From assembly GCA_017694425.1 (NCBI GenBank), contig JADIMX010000078.1, positions 1,351 to 65,350 on the forward strand: a stretch of 64,000 bases of DNA. The letters are read 5' to 3'. The first letter of the stretch is position 1. Every line of letters starts with the position of its first letter. Positions 37,660-46,883 of this stretch are shown here, piece by piece. Under the pieces are notes generated by a model that had not been told where the DNA came from, did no database searches, and saw only the letters and a program-made list of their open reading frames with translations. A program made the position numbers and the translations under genes. This stretch comes from Candidatus Fimicola merdigallinarum. Lineage in GTDB: Bacteria; Bacillota; Clostridia; Lachnospirales; Anaerotignaceae.

Positions 37660-38742
37660 TTAATTAGTGTCTGTTTTTTTGTTTCTTTCGCTTTCCTCAG
37701 AGGCTTCAAAAAATGCCTGTATTATTACAGCGATAATAGGTCCTATAATCATTCCAAGTACACCTAATAGCTTTAATCCTACATACATAGATACAAGAGC
37801 CATAAGTGGGTGTATACCTATCTGTGTGCCTAAAATCTTAGGTTGCATTATCTGTCGCATAAGATTTATTATAAGGTATATTACAATGTATCCAACAGCT
37901 AAGAAATATTCGCCTGAAAATAGATATATTACAGTTGCTGGCCAAAGTATAAATCCACTTCCGAAAAATGGGAGAGCATCTATTACACTTGTAACAAAAC
38001 TTAAAAGTAGTGCGTAAGGTGATTTTATTACAATAAGACCTATTATACATATAGTGAATGTATAGCACATAAGTATAAGCTGTGTTTTAAAGTATCCTCC
38101 TAAAGAGCTTGAAAGTTTATTTTTTATTATAAGCCAATGGTTGTTTTCAGATATAGGAAGATGTTTTTTAATTAATCTTTTAATCTCATATTTATCCTTT
38201 GCGAAAAAGTATGATGATAAAAGTGCCATAATAACTAACATAAAGAAACCAGGTATTGCTTTTACTAATGTAAAGCTACTGCTACCACCAGTTTTTATTA
38301 TAGGTGTTATTATATCTGAAATATTTATGTTTGTTATTCCTATTTCAATATTATTTATAAAAGGAATATTTTTTGTAAAGTTTTCTATATTTTCTATAAG
38401 GTTTATTGATATAACCTTAAGATGTTCTATATATTCAGGCAGTTTCTCCATAAAAAGCTCTGCCTCTGATACAAGCTTTAGTACTGCACCAGTTACAACT
38501 GATGAGAAGAATCCTATAAGTATCAATATTGCTATTAAAGTGCCTAGCCACCTTTTTACTTTAAATCTTTTTTCCAAAAAATCTACAAGAGGGTTGTATA
38601 TAAGACTTAAAAGCCAACCTATAATAAAAGGGGCAATATATTTGAATACATAATCAAATAGTATATATGAAAATAGTATTGCAAGTCCTATTATAGATAT
38701 ATTCTTAATAAGCCTCTCGTTATTTTTGATAAATTTTTCCAT
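37660..38742 (-). CDS. AI-2E family transporter (YtvI-like sporulation integral membrane protein)
   Basis: Polytopic membrane protein with the PerM/AI-2E C-terminal pattern (PLMALVSMYVGLKLLGVLGMIIGP). ATG at 38742 behind AAGGGAG. Confidence 0.7.
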   Translation of the reverse strand: MEKFIKNNERLIKNISIIGLAILFSYILFDYVFKYIAPFIIGWLLSLIYNPLVDFLEKRFKVKRWLGTLIAILILIGFFSSVVTGAVLKLVSEAELFMEKLPEYIEHLKVISINLIENIENFTKNIPFINNIEIGITNINISDIITPIIKTGGSSSFTLVKAIPGFFMLVIMALLSSYFFAKDKYEIKRLIKKHLPISENNHWLIIKNKLSSSLGGYFKTQLILMCYTFTICIIGLIVIKSPYALLLSFVTSVIDALPFFGSGFILWPATVIYLFSGEYFLAVGYIVIYLIINLMRQIMQPKILGTQIGIHPLMALVSMYVGLKLLGVLGMIIGPIIAVIIQAFFEASEESERNKKTDTN

Positions 38743-38969
38743 ATAAATCACTCCCTTAGCGATTTTATAAATCTTCATTTTGTATTATATTATTGTATAA
38801 AAATATACGTTTTAAATCAAACAAAATAATGAATAAATTTTAAATATATTGTATTTTGTGACATAAAAAATATATTGTTAGATTTTGTATTTTATAGTAG
38901 AATATATTAAGTATACAGTATATAAAAAATCAATATTTTTTTGATTCTCATAGATTTTTGGAGGCTGTT

Positions 38970-39851
38970 TTGAAAGAGATAAGATTAAAGGCGAGAGCCA
39001 AAATAAATTTAACACTTGATGTTTTAGGTAGACGTGATGACGGTTATCACGACCTTAAAATGATAATGCAAAGTATAAGTCTTTATGATAGTGTTTTTAT
39101 TAAAAAAACAGACAAAAACAATATAAAGTTAAAAAGCAATATTGATTGGTTGCCTTCTGACGAAAGAAATTTAGCCTATAAGGCTTGTAAAGTTATGAAG
39201 GAAAGGTTCAACATAAAAGAGGGAATATTTATAGAGATTGATAAGAGGATACCTATTTCTGCCGGTCTTGCTGGTGGTAGTAGTGACTGTGCAACAGTTC
39301 TTTTTGGTATTAATAAACTTTTTAATTTAGGTCTTACCCAAAAAGAGCTTATGGACATAGGCTTAACATTAGGTTCTGATGTTCCTTACTGTATTATGAG
39401 AGGAACAGCTCTTGCTGAGGGTGTAGGTGATATTTTAACTCCACTTCCACCTTGTCCTGATATGCACGTAGTACTTTTAAAACCTGCTATAAGTGTTTCT
39501 ACAGCTGTTGTATATAATGGTTTAAATCTTTCTGAAGTCAAAGAAAGACCTGACACCGAAAAAGTTATTGAGGCCATAAAAAATGGGGACAGAGATGGAA
39601 TTTCAAAGGGTCTTTCAAATGTGCTAGAAAGTGTAACGCTTTCTATGTATCCTGAACTTAATGATTATAAAAAAAGGCTTATGGAAAAAGGTGCTAATGC
39701 TACACTTATGAGTGGTAGTGGTCCTACAATATTTGGTCTTTTCTACGAGAAAGAAGATGCTTTAAGGGCTTATAATGAATTTAAGGCTGAGGGGGATATA
39801 AAGCACGTTATTTTAACTAAGATATATAACACAAAGAAAAGAGGGGGATAA
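38970..39851 (+). CDS. ispE: 4-diphosphocytidyl-2-C-methyl-D-erythritol kinase
   Basis: AKINLTLDV motif and GHMP kinase motif PISAGLAGGSSD. The TTG at 38970 follows GGAGG; the alternative TTG is at 38958. Confidence 0.9.
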   Translation: MKEIRLKARAKINLTLDVLGRRDDGYHDLKMIMQSISLYDSVFIKKTDKNNIKLKSNIDWLPSDERNLAYKACKVMKERFNIKEGIFIEIDKRIPISAGLAGGSSDCATVLFGINKLFNLGLTQKELMDIGLTLGSDVPYCIMRGTALAEGVGDILTPLPPCPDMHVVLLKPAISVSTAVVYNGLNLSEVKERPDTEKVIEAIKNGDRDGISKGLSNVLESVTLSMYPELNDYKKRLMEKGANATLMSGSGPTIFGLFYEKEDALRAYNEFKAEGDIKHVILTKIYNTKKRGG

Positions 39852-39854
39852 AAA

Positions 39855-40532
39855 ATGGCAGATTATAAATTTAGCATAAATACAAACGAATATCTTCCGT
39901 TAAGAGATGTGGTATTCAACACACTTAGAGATGCCATACTTACAGGAAAGTTACAACCAGGGGAAAGGCTTATGGAAAACCAGCTTGCAGAAAAGCTCGG
40001 TGTTAGCCGTACTCCTATAAGAGAAGCACTTAGAATGCTTGAAATAGAAAATCTTGTTAAACTTGTACCTAGAAAAGGGGCACAGGTTTTAGATATGACA
40101 GAGAAAGACATTATAAATGTTCTTGAGCTTAGAGGGGCTTTGGAATCTTTAGGTGTTAAACTTGCTTGTAAAAATATGAGTGAGGAAGATATTGAAAAGC
40201 TTAAACTTGCAGAGGCTGATGTTGAGTCTGCTCTTGCCGGTGATGACGTTGAGAAAATGGCAGAGGCTGACCAGAATTTTCACGATATTATATTTAACTC
40301 AACAGGTAATGACAAGCTTATTCAGATAATATCAAACCTTGATATACAGCTTTATAGATATAGACTTGCACACCTTAGAATTAAAGGGCAAAATCAGTCT
40401 ATTATAAAAGAACAGCATACAAAGATAATAAATGCCATAGAAAATAGACTTCCTAAGGAAGGTTCAGAGGCTGCCAACGAGCATATAAAATATCATACAG
40501 AATATACATTAAGTTTGCTTAATAGAGAGTAA
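39855..40532 (+). CDS. GntR family transcriptional regulator (FadR/FCD subfamily)
   Basis: wHTH LAEKLGVSRTPIREALRMLE plus a helical FCD-like C-terminal domain. Confidence 0.85.
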   Translation: MADYKFSINTNEYLPLRDVVFNTLRDAILTGKLQPGERLMENQLAEKLGVSRTPIREALRMLEIENLVKLVPRKGAQVLDMTEKDIINVLELRGALESLGVKLACKNMSEEDIEKLKLAEADVESALAGDDVEKMAEADQNFHDIIFNSTGNDKLIQIISNLDIQLYRYRLAHLRIKGQNQSIIKEQHTKIINAIENRLPKEGSEAANEHIKYHTEYTLSLLNRE

Positions 40533-40573
40533 TAAAAAAGCATATCCTAAAAGGATATGCTTTTTAAAAATTC

Positions 40574-41026
40574 TTAATTTTTAGTGTGTTTTTTTACCAT
40601 AAGAGAAGCTTTTTCGCGTAAAGTTTTCTTTTTCTTGTCGGCAAGGTTCATACCTTTTATGCTTACAATGTACACACCTGCAATTTCAACCTTAACATTT
40701 TTCTTTGTAGGTAAAACTTCGTAAACAGGTTTGTCGCACATAAGAGTTACTATTTGAGGACCTACTTTAGCTTTTACAATAGCCATTTTTTTAAGTTTTG
40801 CTGACTTTGGAAGCTTTTCAAATATATTTTTTGGAAGATTATTTTCTGTTGGTCTTTCAAATTTTTTATCAATAACAAATATTTGCACTGTCATTTTATT
40901 AGCTTCTATGAAGTCCTGTGACTCTATTACTTTTTTATAGTTTTTTCTGCTAAAGTATACGAGTCCTGCCATAACTAATGCAATTATGATTGCGGTAATG
41001 ATAAAATAGTCACTTGCTTGTAGCAC
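40574..41026 (-). CDS. Hypothetical N-terminally membrane-anchored protein
   Basis: 150-aa ORF with one N-terminal TM helix and a lysine-rich C-terminus. No family recognised. Confidence 0.45.
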   Translation of the reverse strand: MLQASDYFIITAIIIALVMAGLVYFSRKNYKKVIESQDFIEANKMTVQIFVIDKKFERPTENNLPKNIFEKLPKSAKLKKMAIVKAKVGPQIVTLMCDKPVYEVLPTKKNVKVEIAGVYIVSIKGMNLADKKKKTLREKASLMVKKHTKN

Positions 41027-41175
41027 TTTTGTGTTCCTCCTTTGTTTTAATTGAAACTAGTTTGTTCCAATTTACATATTTAATTATATTTTATCATTTA
41101 TTTAAACTTTAGTAAATAAATTTATGTACATTAATTTGTCAATATGTTGTATTATATCTTTAGGCGGTGATTTTA

Positions 41176-42645
41176 ATGAGTGAAATATTTAATACTATTT
41201 ATGGTGGAGTGGGAATGATATTTACATTGAATGTTATTCTTGCAATATTTATGCTTTTTTCTGAGAGAAGAAAGCCGGCTAGTACTTGGGCTTGGCTTTT
41301 AGTATTATTCTTCATACCGATTTTTGGGTTTTTAATATATCTTATTTTCGGTAGAGATAGCAAGAGAGAAAAACTTTTTTCGGATAAGGATAAGTTCGAT
41401 ACAGAAGTTTATTTTGACTATCTTTTAAAAAGCGATAGATATATGGATAAGGTTAAGTGGCAACAGAAAGCTATGGAGAATAAGCTAGATGTTTTAAACC
41501 AAAGGTATTTAGATAGCCTTTTATACTTGAATATAAATACAGGAAATTGGTATACTTCAAATAATGAAATTGAAAGATTTACAGATGGAACAGCTAAGTT
41601 TGAAGCCCTTATAAAAGATATAAGACGAGCGAAAAAGTTTATCCATATGGAATACTATATTATAAGAAATGACGGTTTAGGTAAAAGAATTGTTTCGGAG
41701 CTTTCAAAAAAAGCAAAAGAGGGTGTAGAGGTAAGGCTTTTGTATGACGGTATGGGTTGCAGTAGATTACCTAAAGACTTTTTTTCTGAGCTTACGGAAA
41801 ACGGGGGCAGGGCTGTACCATTTTTGCCACGACTTATGGTAAGAATTAATTACAGAAACCATAGAAAAATATGTGTTATTGATGGAAAAGTTGGATATAT
41901 AGGCGGTTTCAATATAGGTGATGAGTATTTAGGAATTGTAAAAAGATACGGTAGATGGCGTGACACCCACATAAGAGTTTGTGGTGATGCCGTAGACCAA
42001 CTTCAGATTAGATTTATAATGGACTGGAACTTTATTGCCGAAGATTTTAAGGTTGAACTTGATAAAAAATATTTCCCACCTAAAAAAGATTTTGACGGTG
42101 TTAAAATGCAGATAGTTTCAAGTGGCCCTGACACAGAGTGGAAAAATATAAGAAATGCCTATTTGAAAATGATAAATGATGCCAAAGACCACGTTTATAT
42201 ATCAACACCATACTTTGTGCCTGATGACAGTATACTTAATGCCCTTAAGGTTTCGGCTCTTTCCGGTGTAGATGTAAGAATTATATTCCCCGGAAACCCT
42301 GACCACCCCTTTGTTTACTGGGCAAGTATGTCATATTTAGGTGAGCTTTTATATGCAGGTGTAAAGTGCTATCAGTATCAAAATGGATTTACCCATACAA
42401 AGTATATATCTATTGATGGAAATGTTTCTTCGGTAGGTACTGCGAATATGGATATACGAAGTTTCGCTGTTAACTTTGAAACAAACGCATTTATATTTGA
42501 TGAAGGTGTTACTAAACTTCTTGAAAAAGATTTTGATAATGACCTTAAATCTTGTTTTGAAATTACGACAGCTTGGTATGAAAAGAGAAAGTTAATGTTT
42601 AGGTTTAAGGAGGCTATATCAAGGCTTATATCACCTATACTTTAA
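41176..42645 (+). CDS. cls: Cardiolipin synthase
   Basis: Two N-terminal TM helices and two HKD motifs (HRKICVIDGKVGYIGGFN, HTKYISIDGNVSSVGTAN). Confidence 0.9.
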   Translation: MSEIFNTIYGGVGMIFTLNVILAIFMLFSERRKPASTWAWLLVLFFIPIFGFLIYLIFGRDSKREKLFSDKDKFDTEVYFDYLLKSDRYMDKVKWQQKAMENKLDVLNQRYLDSLLYLNINTGNWYTSNNEIERFTDGTAKFEALIKDIRRAKKFIHMEYYIIRNDGLGKRIVSELSKKAKEGVEVRLLYDGMGCSRLPKDFFSELTENGGRAVPFLPRLMVRINYRNHRKICVIDGKVGYIGGFNIGDEYLGIVKRYGRWRDTHIRVCGDAVDQLQIRFIMDWNFIAEDFKVELDKKYFPPKKDFDGVKMQIVSSGPDTEWKNIRNAYLKMINDAKDHVYISTPYFVPDDSILNALKVSALSGVDVRIIFPGNPDHPFVYWASMSYLGELLYAGVKCYQYQNGFTHTKYISIDGNVSSVGTANMDIRSFAVNFETNAFIFDEGVTKLLEKDFDNDLKSCFEITTAWYEKRKLMFRFKEAISRLISPIL

Positions 42646-42661
42646 TTTGGGAGAGGTTTAT

Positions 42662-43420
42662 ATGGATAAAGTTTTTAATGTTGATTATACAATAGGATAT
42701 TTTGAGGTAGACAATGACCTTTGCCTTACACCACAATCTTTAAGTGTGTATTTACAGGATATTGCTATACTCCATTCAGATTCTGTAGGCTATACAATAG
42801 ATTACTTTAATAGAGAGAAAAAAGGTTGGGTAATAATAAACTGGCATATAGAAATATCAAGAATGCCTAAAAAAGGCGAAACTATAAAGATTTGTACTTG
42901 GTCTAGCGAGCTTAAAAGAATGCAGGCCGAAAGAAGTTTTTTAGTCTATGACGAAAACGAAATACCTATTGCAAGAGCCATAAGTCGCTGGATATATATG
43001 GACTTAGAGAGAAGACGACCTGTTAAAATAGATGAGGAAATGGGCAAAAGCTATAATACAAGGGATTTTAAATCTATAGAAAATGAGGATTATAAAATGC
43101 CTGAAATAGACGAAAGTCAATTTGTTTCCAAAAGAGATTTTGTTGTTACTAGAAGAGAAACAGATTCAAATGGCCATACAAATAATACTAAATATATAGA
43201 GTGGGCTATTGATGATATACCTGATGATATATATGAAAATGGTAAGATTTGTGATATACGAGTAGTCTACAGAAAAGAGTGTTATAGAAATTCTAAGGTA
43301 TCTAGTAAATGCTATGTAAAAGATGTTGATAACGGAAGAAAGTGTGTAGTGTCTGTATTTTCTAATGCAGATGATGAAACTTCTGTGTTGGCAGAGGTTT
43401 CTACTATATGGTCGTTGTAA
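42662..43420 (+). CDS. Acyl-ACP thioesterase
   Basis: Double hot-dog pattern typical of the FatA/B-like PF01643 family (DNDLCLTPQSL.., DSNGHTNNTKYIEWA). Confidence 0.75.
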   Translation: MDKVFNVDYTIGYFEVDNDLCLTPQSLSVYLQDIAILHSDSVGYTIDYFNREKKGWVIINWHIEISRMPKKGETIKICTWSSELKRMQAERSFLVYDENEIPIARAISRWIYMDLERRRPVKIDEEMGKSYNTRDFKSIENEDYKMPEIDESQFVSKRDFVVTRRETDSNGHTNNTKYIEWAIDDIPDDIYENGKICDIRVVYRKECYRNSKVSSKCYVKDVDNGRKCVVSVFSNADDETSVLAEVSTIWSL

Positions 43421-43523
43421 TATTACTATATTATTACAGTATCTTACATATTGGTTACAGTTGTTGAAAAAAATATAGTATTGAAATAAAATGTATATAT
43501 TATATTTTTGTAGGAGGCTAACA

Positions 43524-44609
43524 ATGGCTGAATTTAACAATAGAAATTTTAATGGGAGAAAGAGGGTTAACGCACCACATCTTAGAGATGTTAGTAAGGG
43601 CGTTTACACTCCACCTCCCGTTGAAAAGAAAGTTAAGAAAAAGAAAAGAAAAAAAAGAAACTTACGTTTAAATAAGCAGGATAGATTTATGGTATTAGGT
43701 GGCGGTTTACTTCTTGTAATACTTATTGCCATAATAACTATATTTAGTAGAAATGCTTATGATGTAACGGTTTCCGGCAAAAGTGTTGGAGTTATAAAGA
43801 AAACTAATATAGAGGTTAGTGACATAAAAAATACTGTTGTTGCAGGTCTTGAGCAACAGGCAGGTTCTAAAATAGAGCTTAATGAGGAAATAGGTCTTAA
43901 ACCTGTTAGGGCATCTAAAAAAGATATGGTTACTGTAGATTATGCCATATCGAAAATAAAAGAGGTTGTGACTTATAAGGTTGAGGCATCTGTAATAACT
44001 GTAGATGGAAAAGAAGTTGCTGTTTTATCCAACAAAGCTGAGGCCGAAAAAATTCTTGAGGATATAAAAAGCGAGTACATACCTGAGGATAAAAAGGATA
44101 AAATGGAGGCTAGTTTCGTTGAGGAGGTTCAGATTGTATCTAAGTACGTTGATTCTAAGGAAATATCAAAGCCTGAAGTTGTGAAAGATATGTTTGTTCA
44201 GACTACAAAGGTTCAAAAGCAGTATACAGTTGATTCTGGTGATACAGTTTCCAAAATAGCAGGTTTATACAGTATGACTTTAGATGAACTTTATGCAGAA
44301 AATCAAGGTCTTACAACTAATATACATAAGGGACAAGTTGTAAATGTTTTAGTGGATAAGCCTATGCTATCTGTTAAAACAGCGGAAACAAATGTATTTA
44401 CAGAAATAGCTAAAAAGCAAGTTAAGTATCAGACAGATACATCAAAGCCATCATCATATCAAAAGGTTATACAGCAGGGTAGTGACGGGCAAAAAGAGGT
44501 TACTGTACAGACTATCCGTATAAATGGTTTTGAGGAAGATGAGGTTATCATTTCTGAAAAGATAATACAAGACCCTGTTGATGAAATCATAGAGGTAGGC
44601 AGAAGATAA
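43524..44609 (+). CDS. Membrane-anchored LysM and G5 domain protein (YabE-like, no catalytic domain seen)
   Basis: Basic N-terminus followed by a TM helix. LysM domain YTVDSGDTVSKIAGLYSMTLDELYAENQGL. G5 domain ...QQGSDGQKEVTVQTIRINGFE. Confidence 0.7.
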   Translation: MAEFNNRNFNGRKRVNAPHLRDVSKGVYTPPPVEKKVKKKKRKKRNLRLNKQDRFMVLGGGLLLVILIAIITIFSRNAYDVTVSGKSVGVIKKTNIEVSDIKNTVVAGLEQQAGSKIELNEEIGLKPVRASKKDMVTVDYAISKIKEVVTYKVEASVITVDGKEVAVLSNKAEAEKILEDIKSEYIPEDKKDKMEASFVEEVQIVSKYVDSKEISKPEVVKDMFVQTTKVQKQYTVDSGDTVSKIAGLYSMTLDELYAENQGLTTNIHKGQVVNVLVDKPMLSVKTAETNVFTEIAKKQVKYQTDTSKPSSYQKVIQQGSDGQKEVTVQTIRINGFEEDEVIISEKIIQDPVDEIIEVGRR

Positions 44610-44677
44610 GAGGGGAGAAATCTCCTCTTTTCTTGACAATAAATGTGTTATATAATATTATTATAAAAGTTTTATAG

Positions 44678-44761
44678 GTGGATATGGTGGAATTGGCAGA
44701 CACGCAAGATTCAGATTCTTGTCACCTTTCGGTGGTGCAGGTTCAAGTCCTGTTATCCACA
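44678..44761 (+). tRNA. tRNA-Leu (anticodon CAG)
   Basis: Acceptor GTGGATA/TATCCAC. D-arm GGTGGAATTGGCAGACAC. Anticodon stem-loop CAAGA-TTCAGAT-TCTTG. Long variable arm, T-arm GGTTCAAGTCC. CCA is not encoded. Confidence 0.9.
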
Positions 44762-44769
44762 TTTTTAAG

Positions 44770-44797
44770 AAAAACCGATTTTTTCGGTTTTTTTTAT
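44770..44797 (+). terminator. Rho-independent terminator after the tRNA
   Basis: AACCGA/TCGGTT stem followed by a T-run. Confidence 0.8.
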
Positions 44798-44866
44798 TTT
44801 TATTGATTTTTTTAATGCTCTGAAATAATATATAGGTATATACATATTTTTTTGGGAGGAATGGTT

Positions 44867-45319
44867 ATGGGTATAATAGATAAATTAGGTGGAAGTTTAG
44901 TAAACGGTGCAATGGGCAATATGAGTGAGGTTTCTTTAGATAACCTTATAAAAGAATATGGCGACTATATTATGGCTGATGAGGAGATAAAAACTGGTTT
45001 TAAATTAATTCGTGATGTTATGATTATAACTGATAAACGACTTATTGAGTTTGACAAACAAGGGGCTACTGGTCAGAAAATGCGTGTAAAATCTATATAC
45101 CTTGAGTCTATTGTAGATGTTACTGTTGAAACAGCTGGTTTCGGTGTTGATGATAGCGAGCTTACTATAACTTATATAACTTCACCTTATTACAAGGTTT
45201 CTGGTGGGGCAAGTGTTAGTGATAAAACCTTTGAATTCCCTAAAAGCTTTGATGTAGTTGGTCTTTATAGACTTCTTCAGGAGATAGCTTATAAAAATCA
45301 TATAAAGATTAACGGTTAA
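44867..45319 (+). CDS. Bacterial PH-domain (YokE-like) protein
   Basis: ATG behind GGGAGGA. The LIRDVMIITDKRLIEFDKQG pattern resembles bacterial PH (bPH) domains. Confidence 0.55.
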   Translation: MGIIDKLGGSLVNGAMGNMSEVSLDNLIKEYGDYIMADEEIKTGFKLIRDVMIITDKRLIEFDKQGATGQKMRVKSIYLESIVDVTVETAGFGVDDSELTITYITSPYYKVSGGASVSDKTFEFPKSFDVVGLYRLLQEIAYKNHIKING

Positions 45320-45503
45320 TAGATTTAAATTTTTGGAGCTATCTTTCGGTAGCTCTTTTCTATTTTTATTTAAAAAGATATTTTTAAAATCATTTAGAAT
45401 ATGATATACTATACATTAGCTTAAAATGTACGAGGAGGAAATTATAAGTTATTAAAAATATAGATAAATATACCTAAAAGTGATATGCTGTGTTTATAAG
45501 GAA

Positions 45504-46691
45504 ATGAGGACGAAGAAATTGTTAAAGAGTTACAAAACGGAAATTGACCCAACCTTGGAACAAATACAAAAAATCAATAGAACAGTAGGTACTTGCCGTT
45601 TTGTGTATAACTTTTATTTGGCTCATAATCAAGAGATTTATAAAAAAGAAAAGAAATTTATATCTGGTATGGATTTCTCAAAATGGTTAAACAATGTTTA
45701 TTTACAAGAAAATCCTGAATATAAATGGGTAAAAGATGTCAGTTCAAAATCCATAAAGCAAAGTATTATGAACGCCGAAAGAGCATTTAAACAATTTTTC
45801 AAAGGTAAAACCAAATTTCCTAAATTCAAGAAAAAAAGCAAATCAGACGTAAAAATGTATTTTGTAAAAACAGATTCTAAAACAATCATACAATGCGAAA
45901 GACATAGGATTAAAATACCAACCCTTGGCTGGGTAAAGATAAAAGAAAAAGGTTATATCCCTACAGACTCAAGCACTTATACAATTAAAAGTGGAACTAT
46001 TTCCTGTAAAGAAGAAAGATATTATGTTTCAGTTTTGGTCGAACAACCGACACCCCAGAACCAACAGTTAAAAAATTTTGGGTTAGGAATTGATTTAGGT
46101 ATCAAGGACTTTGCAGTTGTAAGCAATGGAATTGTAAAGAAAAACATCAACAAAACAGCAAGATTAAGGAAATTAGAAAAACAATTAAAACGAAAACAAA
46201 GATGCCTTTCGAAGAAATACGAAAGTGCAAAAAAACATAGAAAAAATAAGAAAGGAGAAGCTACTCGACAGAATATCCAAAAGCAGTTATTAATGGTACA
46301 AAGACTTCATCACAGAATTGAAAATATTCGTACAGATTATATCAATAAATGTGTAAGTGAGATAGTGAAAACCAAGCCATCTTATATTACTATTGAAGAT
46401 TTGAACGTATCTGGAATGATGAAGAACCGGCATCTTTCTAAAGCAGTTGCTTCACAGAAATTTTATGAATTTAGAATGAAACTGGAAGCAAAATGCAAAG
46501 AATATGGAATTGAATTGAGAATTGTAGACAGATGGTATCCATCTAGTAAGCTTTGCAATAAATGTGGTCGTATTAAGAAAGACTTAAAGCTTTCAGACAG
46601 AGAATATGTATGCCAATGTGGATATCATTCAGACAGAGATTATAATGCAAGTCTTAATTTACGAGATGCCATATCCTACAAAGTAGCATAA
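45504..46691 (+). CDS. tnpB: TnpB (OrfB) RNA-guided DNA endonuclease
   Basis: 395 aa. N-terminal KTEIDPT opening. RuvC-I GIDLGIKDFAV, RuvC-II ITIEDLNVSGM, zinc ribbon CNKCG..x..CQCG, and RuvC-III DRDYNASLNL. Confidence 0.9.
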   Translation: MRTKKLLKSYKTEIDPTLEQIQKINRTVGTCRFVYNFYLAHNQEIYKKEKKFISGMDFSKWLNNVYLQENPEYKWVKDVSSKSIKQSIMNAERAFKQFFKGKTKFPKFKKKSKSDVKMYFVKTDSKTIIQCERHRIKIPTLGWVKIKEKGYIPTDSSTYTIKSGTISCKEERYYVSVLVEQPTPQNQQLKNFGLGIDLGIKDFAVVSNGIVKKNINKTARLRKLEKQLKRKQRCLSKKYESAKKHRKNKKGEATRQNIQKQLLMVQRLHHRIENIRTDYINKCVSEIVKTKPSYITIEDLNVSGMMKNRHLSKAVASQKFYEFRMKLEAKCKEYGIELRIVDRWYPSSKLCNKCGRIKKDLKLSDREYVCQCGYHSDRDYNASLNLRDAISYKVA

Positions 46692-46870
46692 GCAAGCGTT
46701 TGTAGGTATGTACCGATGGCTAGTCGGGAATTGACGACTGTGGAGTGTACAAGAACTTGTGAGTAGTATCTGGATTTATCCAGTACGAAAGCATACACGA
46801 CGAAGCAGTAAGAAATGTCCGTAAGGACTTTCAACCTCTCGATATGGATATATATGTCTATATTTTGAGT
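46570..46870 (+). ncRNA. Candidate omega RNA (reRNA) scaffold spanning the tnpB 3' end and element right end
   Basis: The block is GC-richer and self-complementary. Stems: CCTACAAA(46675-82)/TTTGTAGG(46699-706), CCGA(46713-16)/TCGG(46724-27), CTGGA(46770-74)/TCCAG(46779-83), and GAAA-GTCC(46812-20)/GGAC-TTTC(46825-32). The position matches known TnpB omega RNAs. The ends are not determined. Confidence 0.45.
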
Positions 46871-46883
46871 AGCAGGAAAAAAG

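Larger units (their letters stand above)
45400..46870 (+). mobile_element. IS200/IS605-family, IS1341-like tnpB-only element (boundaries approximate)
   Basis: tnpB ORF plus a structured 3' block, inserted between the PH-domain gene terminator (about 45335-45360) and lepA. No tnpA is present. The ends cannot be fixed from a single copy. Confidence 0.5.
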
